Shown: piece after piece, positions 50,521 to 60,198 of the stretch | Layout: every line of letters starts with the position of its first letter | How positions within the stretch are numbered: position 1 is the first letter of the stretch | Assembly (NCBI GenBank): GCA_965221695.1 | Contig: OZ244905.1 | Span: 1,632,001-1,696,000 of the forward strand | Source of the DNA: Gammaproteobacteria bacterium | GTDB taxonomy: Bacteria > Pseudomonadota > Gammaproteobacteria > Eutrophobiales > Eutrophobiaceae | Direction: 5' to 3' | DNA: 64,000 nucleotides | The notes under the pieces: generated by a model | The model's input: only the letters and a program-made list of their open reading frames with translations | Told to the model about the DNA's origin: nothing | Databases searched by the model: none | Made by a program: the position numbers and the translations under genes

Positions 50521-52284
50521 TTAGTGCCCTTTCTTAATTAGAAATTCGTCCATATTTTTATATTTGGATTTATGCTTTATCATTGGACATCTTTCTACTA
50601 TCCTATCCAATATTTTTCTTAACGTATCATCAGCCCACTCGTATTCATCATCAAACACCATTGTTAGCAGCATAAAACTATCCTCTGGAAACTCATCAGG
50701 TAAATTCGTAGCTTTAAAGCTATTAAGGAAATACCCGAGATCAGAAAACGGACATAAGAACGATTTGAATTCCTCAACTGCATTTGGAAAAGCTTGATCA
50801 GTCTGTATACAAACCATCGCAAATTGTCTTGATATTTTTGCATCGATTGCATTTGCCTCTTTCGGCCATGTATCTCTAATGAATGGTTTTATTCGGTTTG
50901 TCCAATAGGCGTCCCGCTCGTGGGCTTTATTTGGAAAACTACGTGAAAGATAATTTGCGATTTCAACCTGGCCCTCTGTGCCTATGTCACGTAGTATTTG
51001 TTGTTGTTGATTGGTGGCAAATACATTCACGTATTCCATACAAATCACAGCTACCAGATGATACAAGCTAGTTACATTATTACCTAATAATTCGACATGA
51101 TTAAATGTTTCTATAAAACTATCTTTGATATCATCAATCAACTCAAGGGTTATTGTCGGCATCCATAAATAACCTACCCACAAACATCTGGCTTCTTCTG
51201 GTTCCTGCCAGTTAAATTTCGGAATTAATTTTTCCTTTGTCCATTCTGGATCAACGATATAAAAATAATATAGGCGAGAAGCTAGTATTACTCGGGCTAA
51301 AGAAAATGATGTGTCCTGTTTTGTAACCAGTGTATTTAGTATGTTTTCTATAGGTCCGTCGGGTATGCCTGCACCCTTCTTCAACTCCCTACTTCCAATT
51401 CTTGTTAGTAACGATTGCGTAAGCATCCCTAATGGGTGATTAATTGCGTCATTAACTGGCTCATCAATATCTTGTGTTTCTTCACGATCAACCGATTCAA
51501 TAAACTTATTGAAGATCGTCCAGTAATTTTCTTCGCTATCCGAATTTGGGATTATTTTAGGAGAAGATTTACTGACCCACCGAGCCACTGCCCATCCCGC
51601 TTCTGTATAAATACGTATTGGCATATCAACAAGTAGGGGTGCAATCTTGCCCCACGTTGACACTTCCGCATCCGCCAAGCCTACTAGGGCGGCATACCAT
51701 ATTTCGCCGTTCCAAATTGAGTTCTCATGCAAGTAACTAAGTGTCTCAACTGCCATTTCATTACCTTTCTCACCTTCGTTACAGACTACCCGGAATAAAT
51801 CGATTCTTCCTTCATGAAATTTTTGGTTCTCTTCTAGAAGCATGTTTACTCTGTCCATCACCGGCGGTACCATCAAATCATTCTTACTGATGTCGCATTC
51901 GTTTCCTCCCCAAGATTCAGACCAAGATATAAATTCGTCTTTATCATCTTTACTAAGCTTCCATCTTGGATGGATCGCTTCTAGCTCATTTAGCCGTTCA
52001 ATACCTGCATTTGGTAAAGCTTTACCAAAAGTCTGTAATTTAGCTAGATGAAGCCAGATTTGTTTCTCGAAGAAATATTCCCAAGCTGCTGACTCCATAT
52101 CGCTTTTATACATTTCCCGAGGGGGGCCGTTTAGTATCACTTTCATTAAACGATCAGTGTCTATGTCATTGAGTTGTGGCCATATCTTATTTAATAATCG
52201 AAACTTCTCTGTATATGTCTCAAAAGACCACAGCCACCATCCGTTTTCATCAAGAAGGTATTCCAGTGCGTCACTCTTGTTCAA
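50521..52284 (-). CDS. Dsr1-like sirtuin, C-terminal part (DUF4020-like region)
   Basis: LLDENGWWLW, GPPREMY, DEFISW, AINHPLG, DPEWTKEKLIP, W.GYLW.P, YWTNRIKPFI..WPK resemble the Dsr1 C-terminal half; overlaps upstream ORF by 14 nt. Confidence 0.7.
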   Translation of the reverse strand: MNKSDALEYLLDENGWWLWSFETYTEKFRLLNKIWPQLNDIDTDRLMKVILNGPPREMYKSDMESAAWEYFFEKQIWLHLAKLQTFGKALPNAGIERLNELEAIHPRWKLSKDDKDEFISWSESWGGNECDISKNDLMVPPVMDRVNMLLEENQKFHEGRIDLFRVVCNEGEKGNEMAVETLSYLHENSIWNGEIWYAALVGLADAEVSTWGKIAPLLVDMPIRIYTEAGWAVARWVSKSSPKIIPNSDSEENYWTIFNKFIESVDREETQDIDEPVNDAINHPLGMLTQSLLTRIGSRELKKGAGIPDGPIENILNTLVTKQDTSFSLARVILASRLYYFYIVDPEWTKEKLIPKFNWQEPEEARCLWVGYLWMPTITLELIDDIKDSFIETFNHVELLGNNVTSLYHLVAVICMEYVNVFATNQQQQILRDIGTEGQVEIANYLSRSFPNKAHERDAYWTNRIKPFIRDTWPKEANAIDAKISRQFAMVCIQTDQAFPNAVEEFKSFLCPFSDLGYFLNSFKATNLPDEFPEDSFMLLTMVFDDEYEWADDTLRKILDRIVERCPMIKHKSKYKNMDEFLIKKGH

Positions 52285-54259
52285 GATTAGTATCTCTTAA
52301 ATTTTCCGCTCTAGTGGTATAAGCATGTAACACTAAGCGCCGGAATACGGGATAGTCTATTGACTTCCACAGATTCAAAATTATTTCTGCTTGCACCGGA
52401 TCATCTTCAAAGCAGGCATCCCATACATCGCGGCATAACTCAATCAATATTACCCAGTTATTGAAGATATTATTTTGTGAATGTGGAGCGATAGATGCCA
52501 TATCCCAACTACTTCTATCATGTAGCCGGTCTGCATGTCCTAGGTGGTTCCATATTCGCATTGTCGCATTCAGTGCTTGCGTAATATCAGATAGAATTGG
52601 GACTAAGAATTTAGGGTATTTTTCACATTCTTTTAGCTGACTAAAATTCCATTCAGATAACAAAATCACCACATCTGTATCATACAGTCTTGTAGATTCC
52701 TGGTAATCACCTTCGTGATCACTGCCCATAAATTCATCCGGCAATTCGTAATATCTCTTCAATTTAAGTCTTGGCTGCAGCAGCAGAACAAATTCTCGAT
52801 AGATCAACTGATCAGTTTTTTTTCTCAGTGAGCTAATAATATCCTGATGAGTAACATCCTCCGGATTATCACGGAGCAGAAAGTCTGATGTGATCATTCT
52901 CCAAAAAGAGAAATAAGGCTCCGATGGCGGCGGTTCGCGTCTAAATTTATGACGAATAAAATCTAATAGTCTAGGATGCAGAACACCACCCTTGTCTAGG
53001 ACCCATTGAACCAGCAATTTTTGTTCCAAATGCTTACTTAACCATTTCCATAAATTCAACGTAACGTTATTTGGCAGGGTCACATTGAGATTAGTATTAT
53101 AGTCCACAACAGAAGAACATTGAGATGGTTTAGTCGGCAAGCCAAGAAGGCCATATTGATCAAAAACCGGCAACCATTCGATAGGTGGCACAGGTTCCGA
53201 TTCTGAAAATACTTTTGCAGGATATCCTGATGGTTCGGTTCCATCCATATTCTCCTGCTGTTTAATTATTTCGATTATTCCCTTAGTTACATCATCTTCA
53301 TACGGCGGTAATGGTGGGTATTGTGCTTTTGTCCTGATCATGCGTTCAATACCGCGAAGACCAAGACGACGATGTTCAGCCCATTTTATTAACGTATCGT
53401 GTAGATACTCATGATCATTATCATTTTCAGACTGATATAGAATTGGAATGACACCTTTAGCTTCCCAAGCTGCACGTGTAGACTGCGAAGTGACATCATC
53501 CGTATCAGCTAACACGTATGACAAATTGGCTTGTTTGTATCCGCTACGTTGATCTGCCGCAATAGCATCCGTTATATATCGAATGACAAGGTCTTCTATG
53601 CTATAGCCAACAAATATAACAGTAAAATGGCGGAAGATTTCACTTACGAAACGGCTTGCCCAACGTTCAGTAAGATAGGCAGCTCCATAATCCCCACTCG
53701 TTATAACTAAGTTTTTGCCATTGGGATCATTTTCCTCATCAATAATGCCGTGAATATGAACCAGACTATTCCATTTATGTGGCTTCGGCACTGGTAGCTT
53801 TGGTGCTGCGTCTAACTCTAACGATAGGTTTAACTTATCTTTTGCTAAAATAAAACCTTTATCAAAATTCGTCGTGACCAGTCTGATCCCACCATCTTTG
53901 GTCTTTGCCAACTCCAAGAGCGCTTTGTGGGTGTTAACATTCGATGAGCCATCCAATTGTAGGCATTCAATAATTTTTTTTCGTACCAGATAGTTATCCG
54001 TTCTATCTGGCTTTTGGTATCTGCGTTCTAATAGATCAAGAGCTCTATCGTATAATTTTTTATCAATTGCTTCCTTTTCTAAAGAATTTTGATCATCTCC
54101 TAACCTTTGATATGTATCTTCGACTAGTTTCTCAAATCCAGGCAATCCTGCCGGATAAGATACGCCAGCGCCACAAAAAAAGATTAACCTGTCATTTTCT
54201 TGGGCATTTAGCACTTCCAATGGGATATCAGGGGCACCGTTTGCGGAAATAAATCTCAT
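52271..54259 (-). CDS. SIR2-domain anti-phage sirtuin Dsr1-like, N-terminal part
   Basis: PDIP...FFCGAGVSYPAGLPGF, LVTTNFD, VHIHG, TSGDYGAAYLTERWASRFV, FVGYS, WEAKGVIPILY. Confidence 0.85.
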   Translation of the reverse strand: MRFISANGAPDIPLEVLNAQENDRLIFFCGAGVSYPAGLPGFEKLVEDTYQRLGDDQNSLEKEAIDKKLYDRALDLLERRYQKPDRTDNYLVRKKIIECLQLDGSSNVNTHKALLELAKTKDGGIRLVTTNFDKGFILAKDKLNLSLELDAAPKLPVPKPHKWNSLVHIHGIIDEENDPNGKNLVITSGDYGAAYLTERWASRFVSEIFRHFTVIFVGYSIEDLVIRYITDAIAADQRSGYKQANLSYVLADTDDVTSQSTRAAWEAKGVIPILYQSENDNDHEYLHDTLIKWAEHRRLGLRGIERMIRTKAQYPPLPPYEDDVTKGIIEIIKQQENMDGTEPSGYPAKVFSESEPVPPIEWLPVFDQYGLLGLPTKPSQCSSVVDYNTNLNVTLPNNVTLNLWKWLSKHLEQKLLVQWVLDKGGVLHPRLLDFIRHKFRREPPPSEPYFSFWRMITSDFLLRDNPEDVTHQDIISSLRKKTDQLIYREFVLLLQPRLKLKRYYELPDEFMGSDHEGDYQESTRLYDTDVVILLSEWNFSQLKECEKYPKFLVPILSDITQALNATMRIWNHLGHADRLHDRSSWDMASIAPHSQNNIFNNWVILIELCRDVWDACFEDDPVQAEIILNLWKSIDYPVFRRLVLHAYTTRAENLRDTNLEQE

Positions 54260-54370
54260 CTAATTTTTCCAGCCGAAATATCCCAACAAAGAAATGAACA
54301 AGGTCTCTATTACACGGGTAATGTGAGCGGTTAACTGCTAACTACACGTTGACACCATTGAGCGACTTAG

Positions 54371-54718
54371 TCAATTACCCTTCGCGCATTTTTGCCAAGC
54401 AGCTAACATATACTTTTCCAACCAATCAGTTAGCATCTCGGTCTCAACAATGGCGCGATAGGGCGTATCACGGGGGGTATGTCCAATTTCTTTTCCTAGC
54501 GTCATGGATGCGCGTGAAAAGTCGCCGTGCATCTTTATTTTGCTTACAACCAGCATCATCAAATTCCTTATCTTGTTGCTGCCGGATGCTGTAAGCTCAT
54601 ATCTTATTATTGCCCACGCCGATTCATCACGGATAAAATCAATGAAATCATACCCAGCCTCGGTGGAACGATAGCATTGTTCGTTTACGGAATATAAGCT
54701 CCTCTTATTCCACGGCAT
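54371..54718 (-). pseudogene. Hypothetical, DUF2513-like C-terminal motif, probably 5' degraded
   Basis: YRSTEAGYDFIDFIRDESAW resembles LTxxGxDFLDxIRxxxxW; no convincing upstream frame. Confidence 0.35.
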
Positions 54719-54902
54719 CTGTGCGCAACTGTCGTTTCATTGAAAGTGCTCTTTTTTCTGGAAATATGACCTGTTTAGAAATCCACTCAATTATACCCAG
54801 TAGTACCCAGTTGTTCTTCGTTCATTTCAAGTTGTCCTTAAGTATTCTGTTCACTCCATATACCTGATAGATTTTGCCTTGACAGTGCCGTCTACTTCCC
54901 TT

Positions 54903-55240
54903 GTTATCGAATATTATTTACTCTGAGTGTTATTTCATGTGAGTATGAATATCATCACTCCAATAAAATGCAAACAACGAATATATTCCCTCTATTATCA
55001 TGAACAAAATGATAAAAAAATGGCTTAGAGGAACAACATGACCGTTGATTAGTGGCCTGATATGTCTTCGGGGATGAAAATCGTCGATAATAAGTACAGA
55101 GAGGCAAGGAGTGGACAAATTTGTGCGTTGATTATCGACTCAATGGCGATTATTTTCTGAGCAGTTACATCCGTATTTGGTGCGCCATGGGTTGGCGCAC
55201 TAATTGGGGAAGCTGTATGATTGGGCTTGAACAGTCGTGG
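54903..55240 (+). pseudogene. Module copy 1: degraded 64-aa gene plus DUF2335-like membrane protein remnant
   Basis: Homologous to 63479-63650; MNKMIKKWLRGTT* then SGQICALII..MAIIF*AVTSVFGAPWVGALIG. Confidence 0.65.
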
Positions 55241-55282
55241 GGAGATGTTCTATGAGGGTTTCTCCGAGATTCTGGCAATAAT

Positions 55283-55699
55283 TCAAGGCGTGACCAACTG
55301 TACAGATGGAAAATATGTCTTGATTCTGGATGAGTCCGCGCTGGCGAGTGTCCAGCCCATCACCTGGGCATGCGCGCCGATAAAGAAGTCCGGCAAGGGG
55401 ATGCGCGGAGAGTCTTTTCCTGATTCTTTCCATCTCCGTTGTCGATATTGCATGTATGCTACCGCACAGACTTCTGCTGCCGCAGCCGGTACGTCAAGGA
55501 CTTCAACACCCCAACTGCGAATGCGGTCCGCTACCGTTGCCGGAAATTCGTCACCAACGCAGATCTCAGCCAGGCAAATGGCATTGATAGCTGCGCCGTC
55601 CTCGGATACTGCATCGGCTATAATGCCTTGCGCCCAGTCCTGGAATCGCGAGCCATCTTCCGACGAGTAGATCAAAACATTGGTATCCAGGAAAATCAC
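55283..55699 (-). CDS. vapC: PIN-domain toxin (VapC family)
   Basis: IFLDTNVLI, LAEI, PDFFIGAHA, LASAD acidic PIN residues. Confidence 0.85.
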   Translation of the reverse strand: MIFLDTNVLIYSSEDGSRFQDWAQGIIADAVSEDGAAINAICLAEICVGDEFPATVADRIRSWGVEVLDVPAAAAEVCAVAYMQYRQRRWKESGKDSPRIPLPDFFIGAHAQVMGWTLASADSSRIKTYFPSVQLVTP

Positions 55700-55950
55700 G
55701 GCTCACGGGTGCTCTGCCGCAGTTGTTCCCAGGACAGCGCCAAACGCAGAGGAGACTGGCGCATCGCTTTGATACAGGCTGAATGGCTCTTACTGGACAC
55801 CGCTTTCGGATACTGCAAACGAACCAGCAAGTATTCTTCATCCGTCTGCCGCCGAACATCAAAGACATCCCCCGGCTCGGCGCCGGGAAGAATAACTCGT
55901 TTCTTGGCATCTGCTCGTGTAATGCTCATAGGTGGGATTATCCCACTCAT
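55696..55950 (-). CDS. Putative antitoxin (VapB, AbrB-like)
   Basis: Small ORF overlapping vapC (GTGA); RADAKKRVILP..PGD.F is AbrB-like. Confidence 0.65.
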   Translation of the reverse strand: MSGIIPPMSITRADAKKRVILPGAEPGDVFDVRRQTDEEYLLVRLQYPKAVSSKSHSACIKAMRQSPLRLALSWEQLRQSTREP

Positions 55951-55982
55951 TAATCATCTCTTCAAGCAAAATGTCTGAAGCT

Positions 55983-56180
55983 GTTATCGAATATCGTTTA
56001 ATCTTTGCGTCATTTCATGAGAATATGAATATCATTACTCCAAGAATATGCAAACAACCTAAATGTTCCCGTCATCAAGTGGAATAAAGATAAAACTCTG
56101 GCTTAGAGGAGCAGCCACAACAGTTGATTTGTGACCTGATACATCGTATGGGATGAAAGGAATTTCTAAATCGTTCAGAT
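55983..56180 (+). pseudogene. Module copy 2: degraded copy of the 64-aa gene and its upstream region
   Basis: WLRGAATTVDL*PDTS versus WLRGATTTVDLWPDTS at 63573. Confidence 0.7.
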
Positions 56181-56497
56181 GACTTGATGCGATGAAAGCA
56201 CTCGCCTACGAGGGTTCGGGGTGGGTGCGGCAAGCAAACCCCCCAAGCTCAATCACCGTAACCAGCATCGTCGGGTCGAATTATTGGGAAAACGTAGCGG
56301 CGAACATTGGATCGGAAAGCCTTTCATTCATGCTGCAGCTTGATGAAGGGGCAGTACGCCTACAAACATATGCCGGAGCGGGACAGACGACAGCCAGACG
56401 TGTGGCATGAGGCTTCTTTTTATGCTGCGATACGCCAGTGCATCGAGCCGCATATAAAGGGCTGAGATCACCTGTGCCAGGCACTATCGAAGAACAG

Positions 56498-56567
56498 CTA
56501 TAACTACTTGATATATATGCAATAAATATGCTGCCAGATTATCCATTTGCCCCCATGTTGCCCCCAA
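56498..56567. other. Candidate integrative-element end (IHF site plus arm-type direct repeats)
   Basis: Minus strand TATCAAGTAGTTA fits IHF consensus WATCAANNNNTTR; TGCCCCCA-TGT-TGCCCCCA direct repeat. Confidence 0.4.
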
Positions 56568-56671
56568 CTGCAAATTCGCCTTGTTAGGAGTGTAGCCTCT
56601 AACCAAGTACAGTTCATCCGAAGCAGAATTCTGGACTCAGTGATGTTTTATTGCTCAAACGCTATGACTGC

Positions 56672-57030
56672 TGCGTATTCCGGTAAAATTGGGCAGTCGT
56701 TCTTGGGCAAGCTGGACAGTTGATCCGGTGTAAAGCGGGCGGTCGTCGGAGCACAGTGACGCGGAGGTGTCATTATGATCCCAAGTGTCCAGTTTAATTG
56801 GTCAAGCCTGTGTGACGTTTTAGCATGGATTCCCTGGCCAGATGCATCTTATAGGCGTTAGGGACGACGCGATCCAAGATGGCATCGGCCAGGGTCGGAT
56901 TATCAATGAGTTCATACCGGTGATTGACTGGGAACCAGTGTGGTGTGCACCGTAGCGATCGTCCAACAGTTCGAGTAAGTCACGCCGGTGTTTGTCCTCG
57001 AACCGGGTGTCGTCAAAGTCGTCAAGTACC
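56672..57030 (-). mobile_element. IS21-family remnant (frameshifted istB 3' end plus terminal repeats)
   Basis: VLDDF...RRDLLELLDDRYG and, in another frame, DNPTLADAILDRVVPNAY..L..ESM; end TGCGTATTCCGG with internal repeats. Confidence 0.85.
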
Positions 57031-57990
57031 AACCCCAAATGTCAGGATCGTTTCCTTTTCTGCTTCTGGCACAGGAGAGATAGTCGATAAATCAACGTCA
57101 AATCGGACATTCTTAATCGGGTCATCGGTGCAAATTTTTGGAGCCGGGATATCCGAAGCCCGAAAGATGTCAAGTCCATCTTCTTCCGGATAAGTCTGAA
57201 GCGTCAGATCACTGTCATATAGATCTCGCCCACCTTTTTCTAGGCATTGTGTCAAGAAGGTGCTTCGAAGATTCCGATCATCGATCCGTGCGGCCAAGGA
57301 GTCCATGAGGACACCGACTGTTTGTCCGCTTTGTACTTCTACAGCGCATAGAGACACGATGAAGACGTTATAGGTACGCGAAGGTCTGAGTTGTTCTAAT
57401 GAGAAGCGATGCAGTGGCCACGATTTTGTAGTGGTCTTCACATCCAGGACGAATGTGTCGGAGACGAAATCGTACTTTGCGGTGTTTCGCGAACTCCAGC
57501 ACCGCACAGCAGCATTGATATCGGATACGCAGCTAATCACATGGAGTTCACCCCACAAACCAATCAAATCACGTGTGTTGTCTGCGATTCGGCTGAATAG
57601 CGCGGCTACTTGTTGAATACTTACTGCGATCTCTGAATTGTTCGCGGGCGGATTTAGTGTGCAAAACCGTTCTTCGAGGATTTTGAGAAACAATCGGACA
57701 ATGGCCGGGTCGTTCTCTTTCAGTCGGACAATCGAATAACACCCTTGATGTGATTCGCGCTCTTTAGTGTCGATAATACATGCGCGGGAGAAAAGTACTT
57801 CAACTGCGCGCAGTGAGATGTCGGGCCGCAGATCGTCTGTGCGTGCGGGCAGTAAAAGTGCAGGATGGGCTTGCGAGTTGATAGCGAGCCAATAGGGGTA
57901 GTCTATTGTAAGGGGTAATCCGAAGTGGGCCGAGCCAGAGTCGTCTTTCGGAATCTCCTGACAGAGTTTTGGGTACAGGATGGTCAACAT
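57022..57990 (-). CDS. PD-(D/E)XK motif protein (DUF4420-like)
   Basis: GLWGEL, W...KYDF....LDVKTT, HRFSLEQL, FDVDL. Confidence 0.8.
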   Translation of the reverse strand: MLTILYPKLCQEIPKDDSGSAHFGLPLTIDYPYWLAINSQAHPALLLPARTDDLRPDISLRAVEVLFSRACIIDTKERESHQGCYSIVRLKENDPAIVRLFLKILEERFCTLNPPANNSEIAVSIQQVAALFSRIADNTRDLIGLWGELHVISCVSDINAAVRCWSSRNTAKYDFVSDTFVLDVKTTTKSWPLHRFSLEQLRPSRTYNVFIVSLCAVEVQSGQTVGVLMDSLAARIDDRNLRSTFLTQCLEKGGRDLYDSDLTLQTYPEEDGLDIFRASDIPAPKICTDDPIKNVRFDVDLSTISPVPEAEKETILTFGVGT

Positions 57991-57996
57991 GAACTG

Positions 57997-60198
57997 TCAC
58001 TGCTCGACCCAGACACGTTCAATTAATGAGTCAGGGATATGAACGGCCAAGATGGGCACATCGCGGAGCATACGTCTCTTATCAGCAGTCTGGATGTCAT
58101 AGCGATGTAGTTGGAATGTCACGGTCTCGGCGGAGATAAGATCTCGCGCACCGGGATAGTTGGTGCGTTGATTAGATCCTTGCCAAAGTTGCTTAATCTT
58201 TGGCGGTTTCTTTTTTGTCAACGTTCGTTTGTATTCTACGCCCGACCACGGACCGGCTAGCGCGTAGAAACTGCATGTCATGTTTGGTTCTTTGGAAACC
58301 ATAGTTTCCAGACAGAGCATTAGTGCGTTGTGCCGAAGATTGTCGTCAAGCAAGCGATAGCGGAACTGGCCGATCCAGGGTATGATCTCGGAGAGCAAGA
58401 GCGTGTTGCTGAAGGCAGGCACGACCTGCTTGTCGTTCCATCCGTCTTCACGGTAAGCCGCAAAATTAAATACCCCCAGAATGTCTTTAACAATCTCGCG
58501 GTTTTCTGATACGGTTTCACTGTCTTCAAAGGGGTGATCCGGGACAATCCACCCGCCTCGCCCCTTGGATTGGTACATATTTAGCAATATGACTGAAGAA
58601 CGGGTTGGCTTTAGCGTTTGATCTAGAAAATATGTACGACGCCATTCCTTGAGGGTCTGGCCATTCTCCAGATGTCTTCGGATTGAACTTCGAACTGATT
58701 CCTCATGCCTTACATAGTCAGTGAAAGCATTGATATTCGTGTTAGTGAGATAAATGCGGCATAGCCCGAGATATTGCTTCTTGTAGCCAAAAAAGCGCGC
58801 GCGCTGCTGGATGTTGTCAGCATTTCCGACCCCTGTTGAGCGCGGCATATAGCTGACCGTCAGTCCCTCAACTGTGAAACCACGATCTAGTCCAATCCCG
58901 CCGATCAGTATCCAGCTATATTCACCAGCCCAATCGACGGAGGTGATCCGACTCTTTTCACGCGTATTGAGTTCTGCAACTGCAGTTTCTTCCATTGCTT
59001 CAAACAAGATGGGTGCAATCTGATCGATAGTGATGGGCGTGTCATAGGTTGCGAATATCCCTTCTGCTGAATTGTAAAATTCGTTAAGGACTGCCTCATG
59101 CCTCGGGTGTGTGCCATCCTTCAAGATGGCTGACCAATCATCTTTGATCTGCTGAGTCCATCGCTTGAACATTAAATGTTCATCCTTCGCGACGGCAGGA
59201 TGGATCATCATGGAACGGTTCCGGCCTTTTTGAAATTCCTCTTCGAGCAAGCCGATCGCCACTCCGATAAAAAAATCTTGTAGGGCAGCGCGCAGACTTT
59301 CTGGCGGTTCCTGTCGCGGTTCGTTCTTGTCGGGCACCTCGCTCAAGGGGATCAACTTAACGTGTCTGTCTAATCCGTCGACAAAGAACTCCTCTCCGCC
59401 GACATAGTGAGCGCCGGGTGTTAGCACCCGTCCAAAATCCGGTGAGAGAGAATCAATACGACTTATGAGAAGCGGTGCCTGCGGAGTCGCTGTGTAGAGT
59501 ATGTAACTGTGAGTTGGGAACAGGTCGCGGAGCTCTCTGATCCGTGCATAAGTTGTGCTTTCTTCCTTCTGTTTGGCTTTAGTGTTCATCCCTGCTTGAT
59601 CACCTTCGTCGTCGATGATAAGCGTTGGCACATCAGAGAAATCGGAATTTGCAAGGAGTCTAGCGAGATTTCTAAGATGCTGATGTTGCTTCATCGATAC
59701 GATCATAATCGTCCGAGCACGTGTGCTCTTGCGCCGCCAGCGTTCGAGTTCCATGTCCACACGTTTAACTTCGTCCTGCTGGAACGCTTTCTGTTGTGTG
59801 GTGAAAAGGTTCCATTCGCGAGTTGTCACTATATCAAGGTCGCCCTTCAGACGGACAAAACTCTGTTCTACTAGATTGTTTGTGGTACCGGCAAGGAGGA
59901 TGACAAGCCGAAAGCGATTATCACGCGCCAGCGCAGCAAGGCTAGTAAATGATAGGGTTTTGCCGCTCTGCACATAACCGATCACCAACCCCGTGTTCTC
60001 GGCGATTGTAGATTCGGGTTGGATGCATTCGCTCATGATCGACACGGTTTCTCGGACGAGGCGTTCTTTTTCATCTTGCGATAATGAAGTACTGGCATTC
60101 AATAGGTCTGTAAATACTTTGCCTTGGACCGGCGACCAAGTGCCATTAGCTTTCTGGTTGCTTGATTCGACCGTAATCGTCGTGGGTTCGTTAGCCAT
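57997..60198 (-). CDS. Z1 domain-containing SF2 helicase-like protein
   Basis: GLVIGYVQSGKT, LIIDDEGDQ, YTATPQA, SMMIH, LDRGFTVEGLTVSYMPR, DNIQQRARFFGY. Confidence 0.9.
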   Translation of the reverse strand: MANEPTTITVESSNQKANGTWSPVQGKVFTDLLNASTSLSQDEKERLVRETVSIMSECIQPESTIAENTGLVIGYVQSGKTLSFTSLAALARDNRFRLVILLAGTTNNLVEQSFVRLKGDLDIVTTREWNLFTTQQKAFQQDEVKRVDMELERWRRKSTRARTIMIVSMKQHQHLRNLARLLANSDFSDVPTLIIDDEGDQAGMNTKAKQKEESTTYARIRELRDLFPTHSYILYTATPQAPLLISRIDSLSPDFGRVLTPGAHYVGGEEFFVDGLDRHVKLIPLSEVPDKNEPRQEPPESLRAALQDFFIGVAIGLLEEEFQKGRNRSMMIHPAVAKDEHLMFKRWTQQIKDDWSAILKDGTHPRHEAVLNEFYNSAEGIFATYDTPITIDQIAPILFEAMEETAVAELNTREKSRITSVDWAGEYSWILIGGIGLDRGFTVEGLTVSYMPRSTGVGNADNIQQRARFFGYKKQYLGLCRIYLTNTNINAFTDYVRHEESVRSSIRRHLENGQTLKEWRRTYFLDQTLKPTRSSVILLNMYQSKGRGGWIVPDHPFEDSETVSENREIVKDILGVFNFAAYREDGWNDKQVVPAFSNTLLLSEIIPWIGQFRYRLLDDNLRHNALMLCLETMVSKEPNMTCSFYALAGPWSGVEYKRTLTKKKPPKIKQLWQGSNQRTNYPGARDLISAETVTFQLHRYDIQTADKRRMLRDVPILAVHIPDSLIERVWVEQ

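Noticed and set aside
55176-55204. GGTGCGCCA...TGGCGCAC palindrome as dif site or REP
   Set aside because: No XerD arm (TTATGTTAAAT); it reads as FGAPWVGALI within the membrane protein remnant
56192-56484. Short ORFs between module copy 2 and the IS21 remnant
   Set aside because: No recognisable motif or RBS; likely degraded sequence
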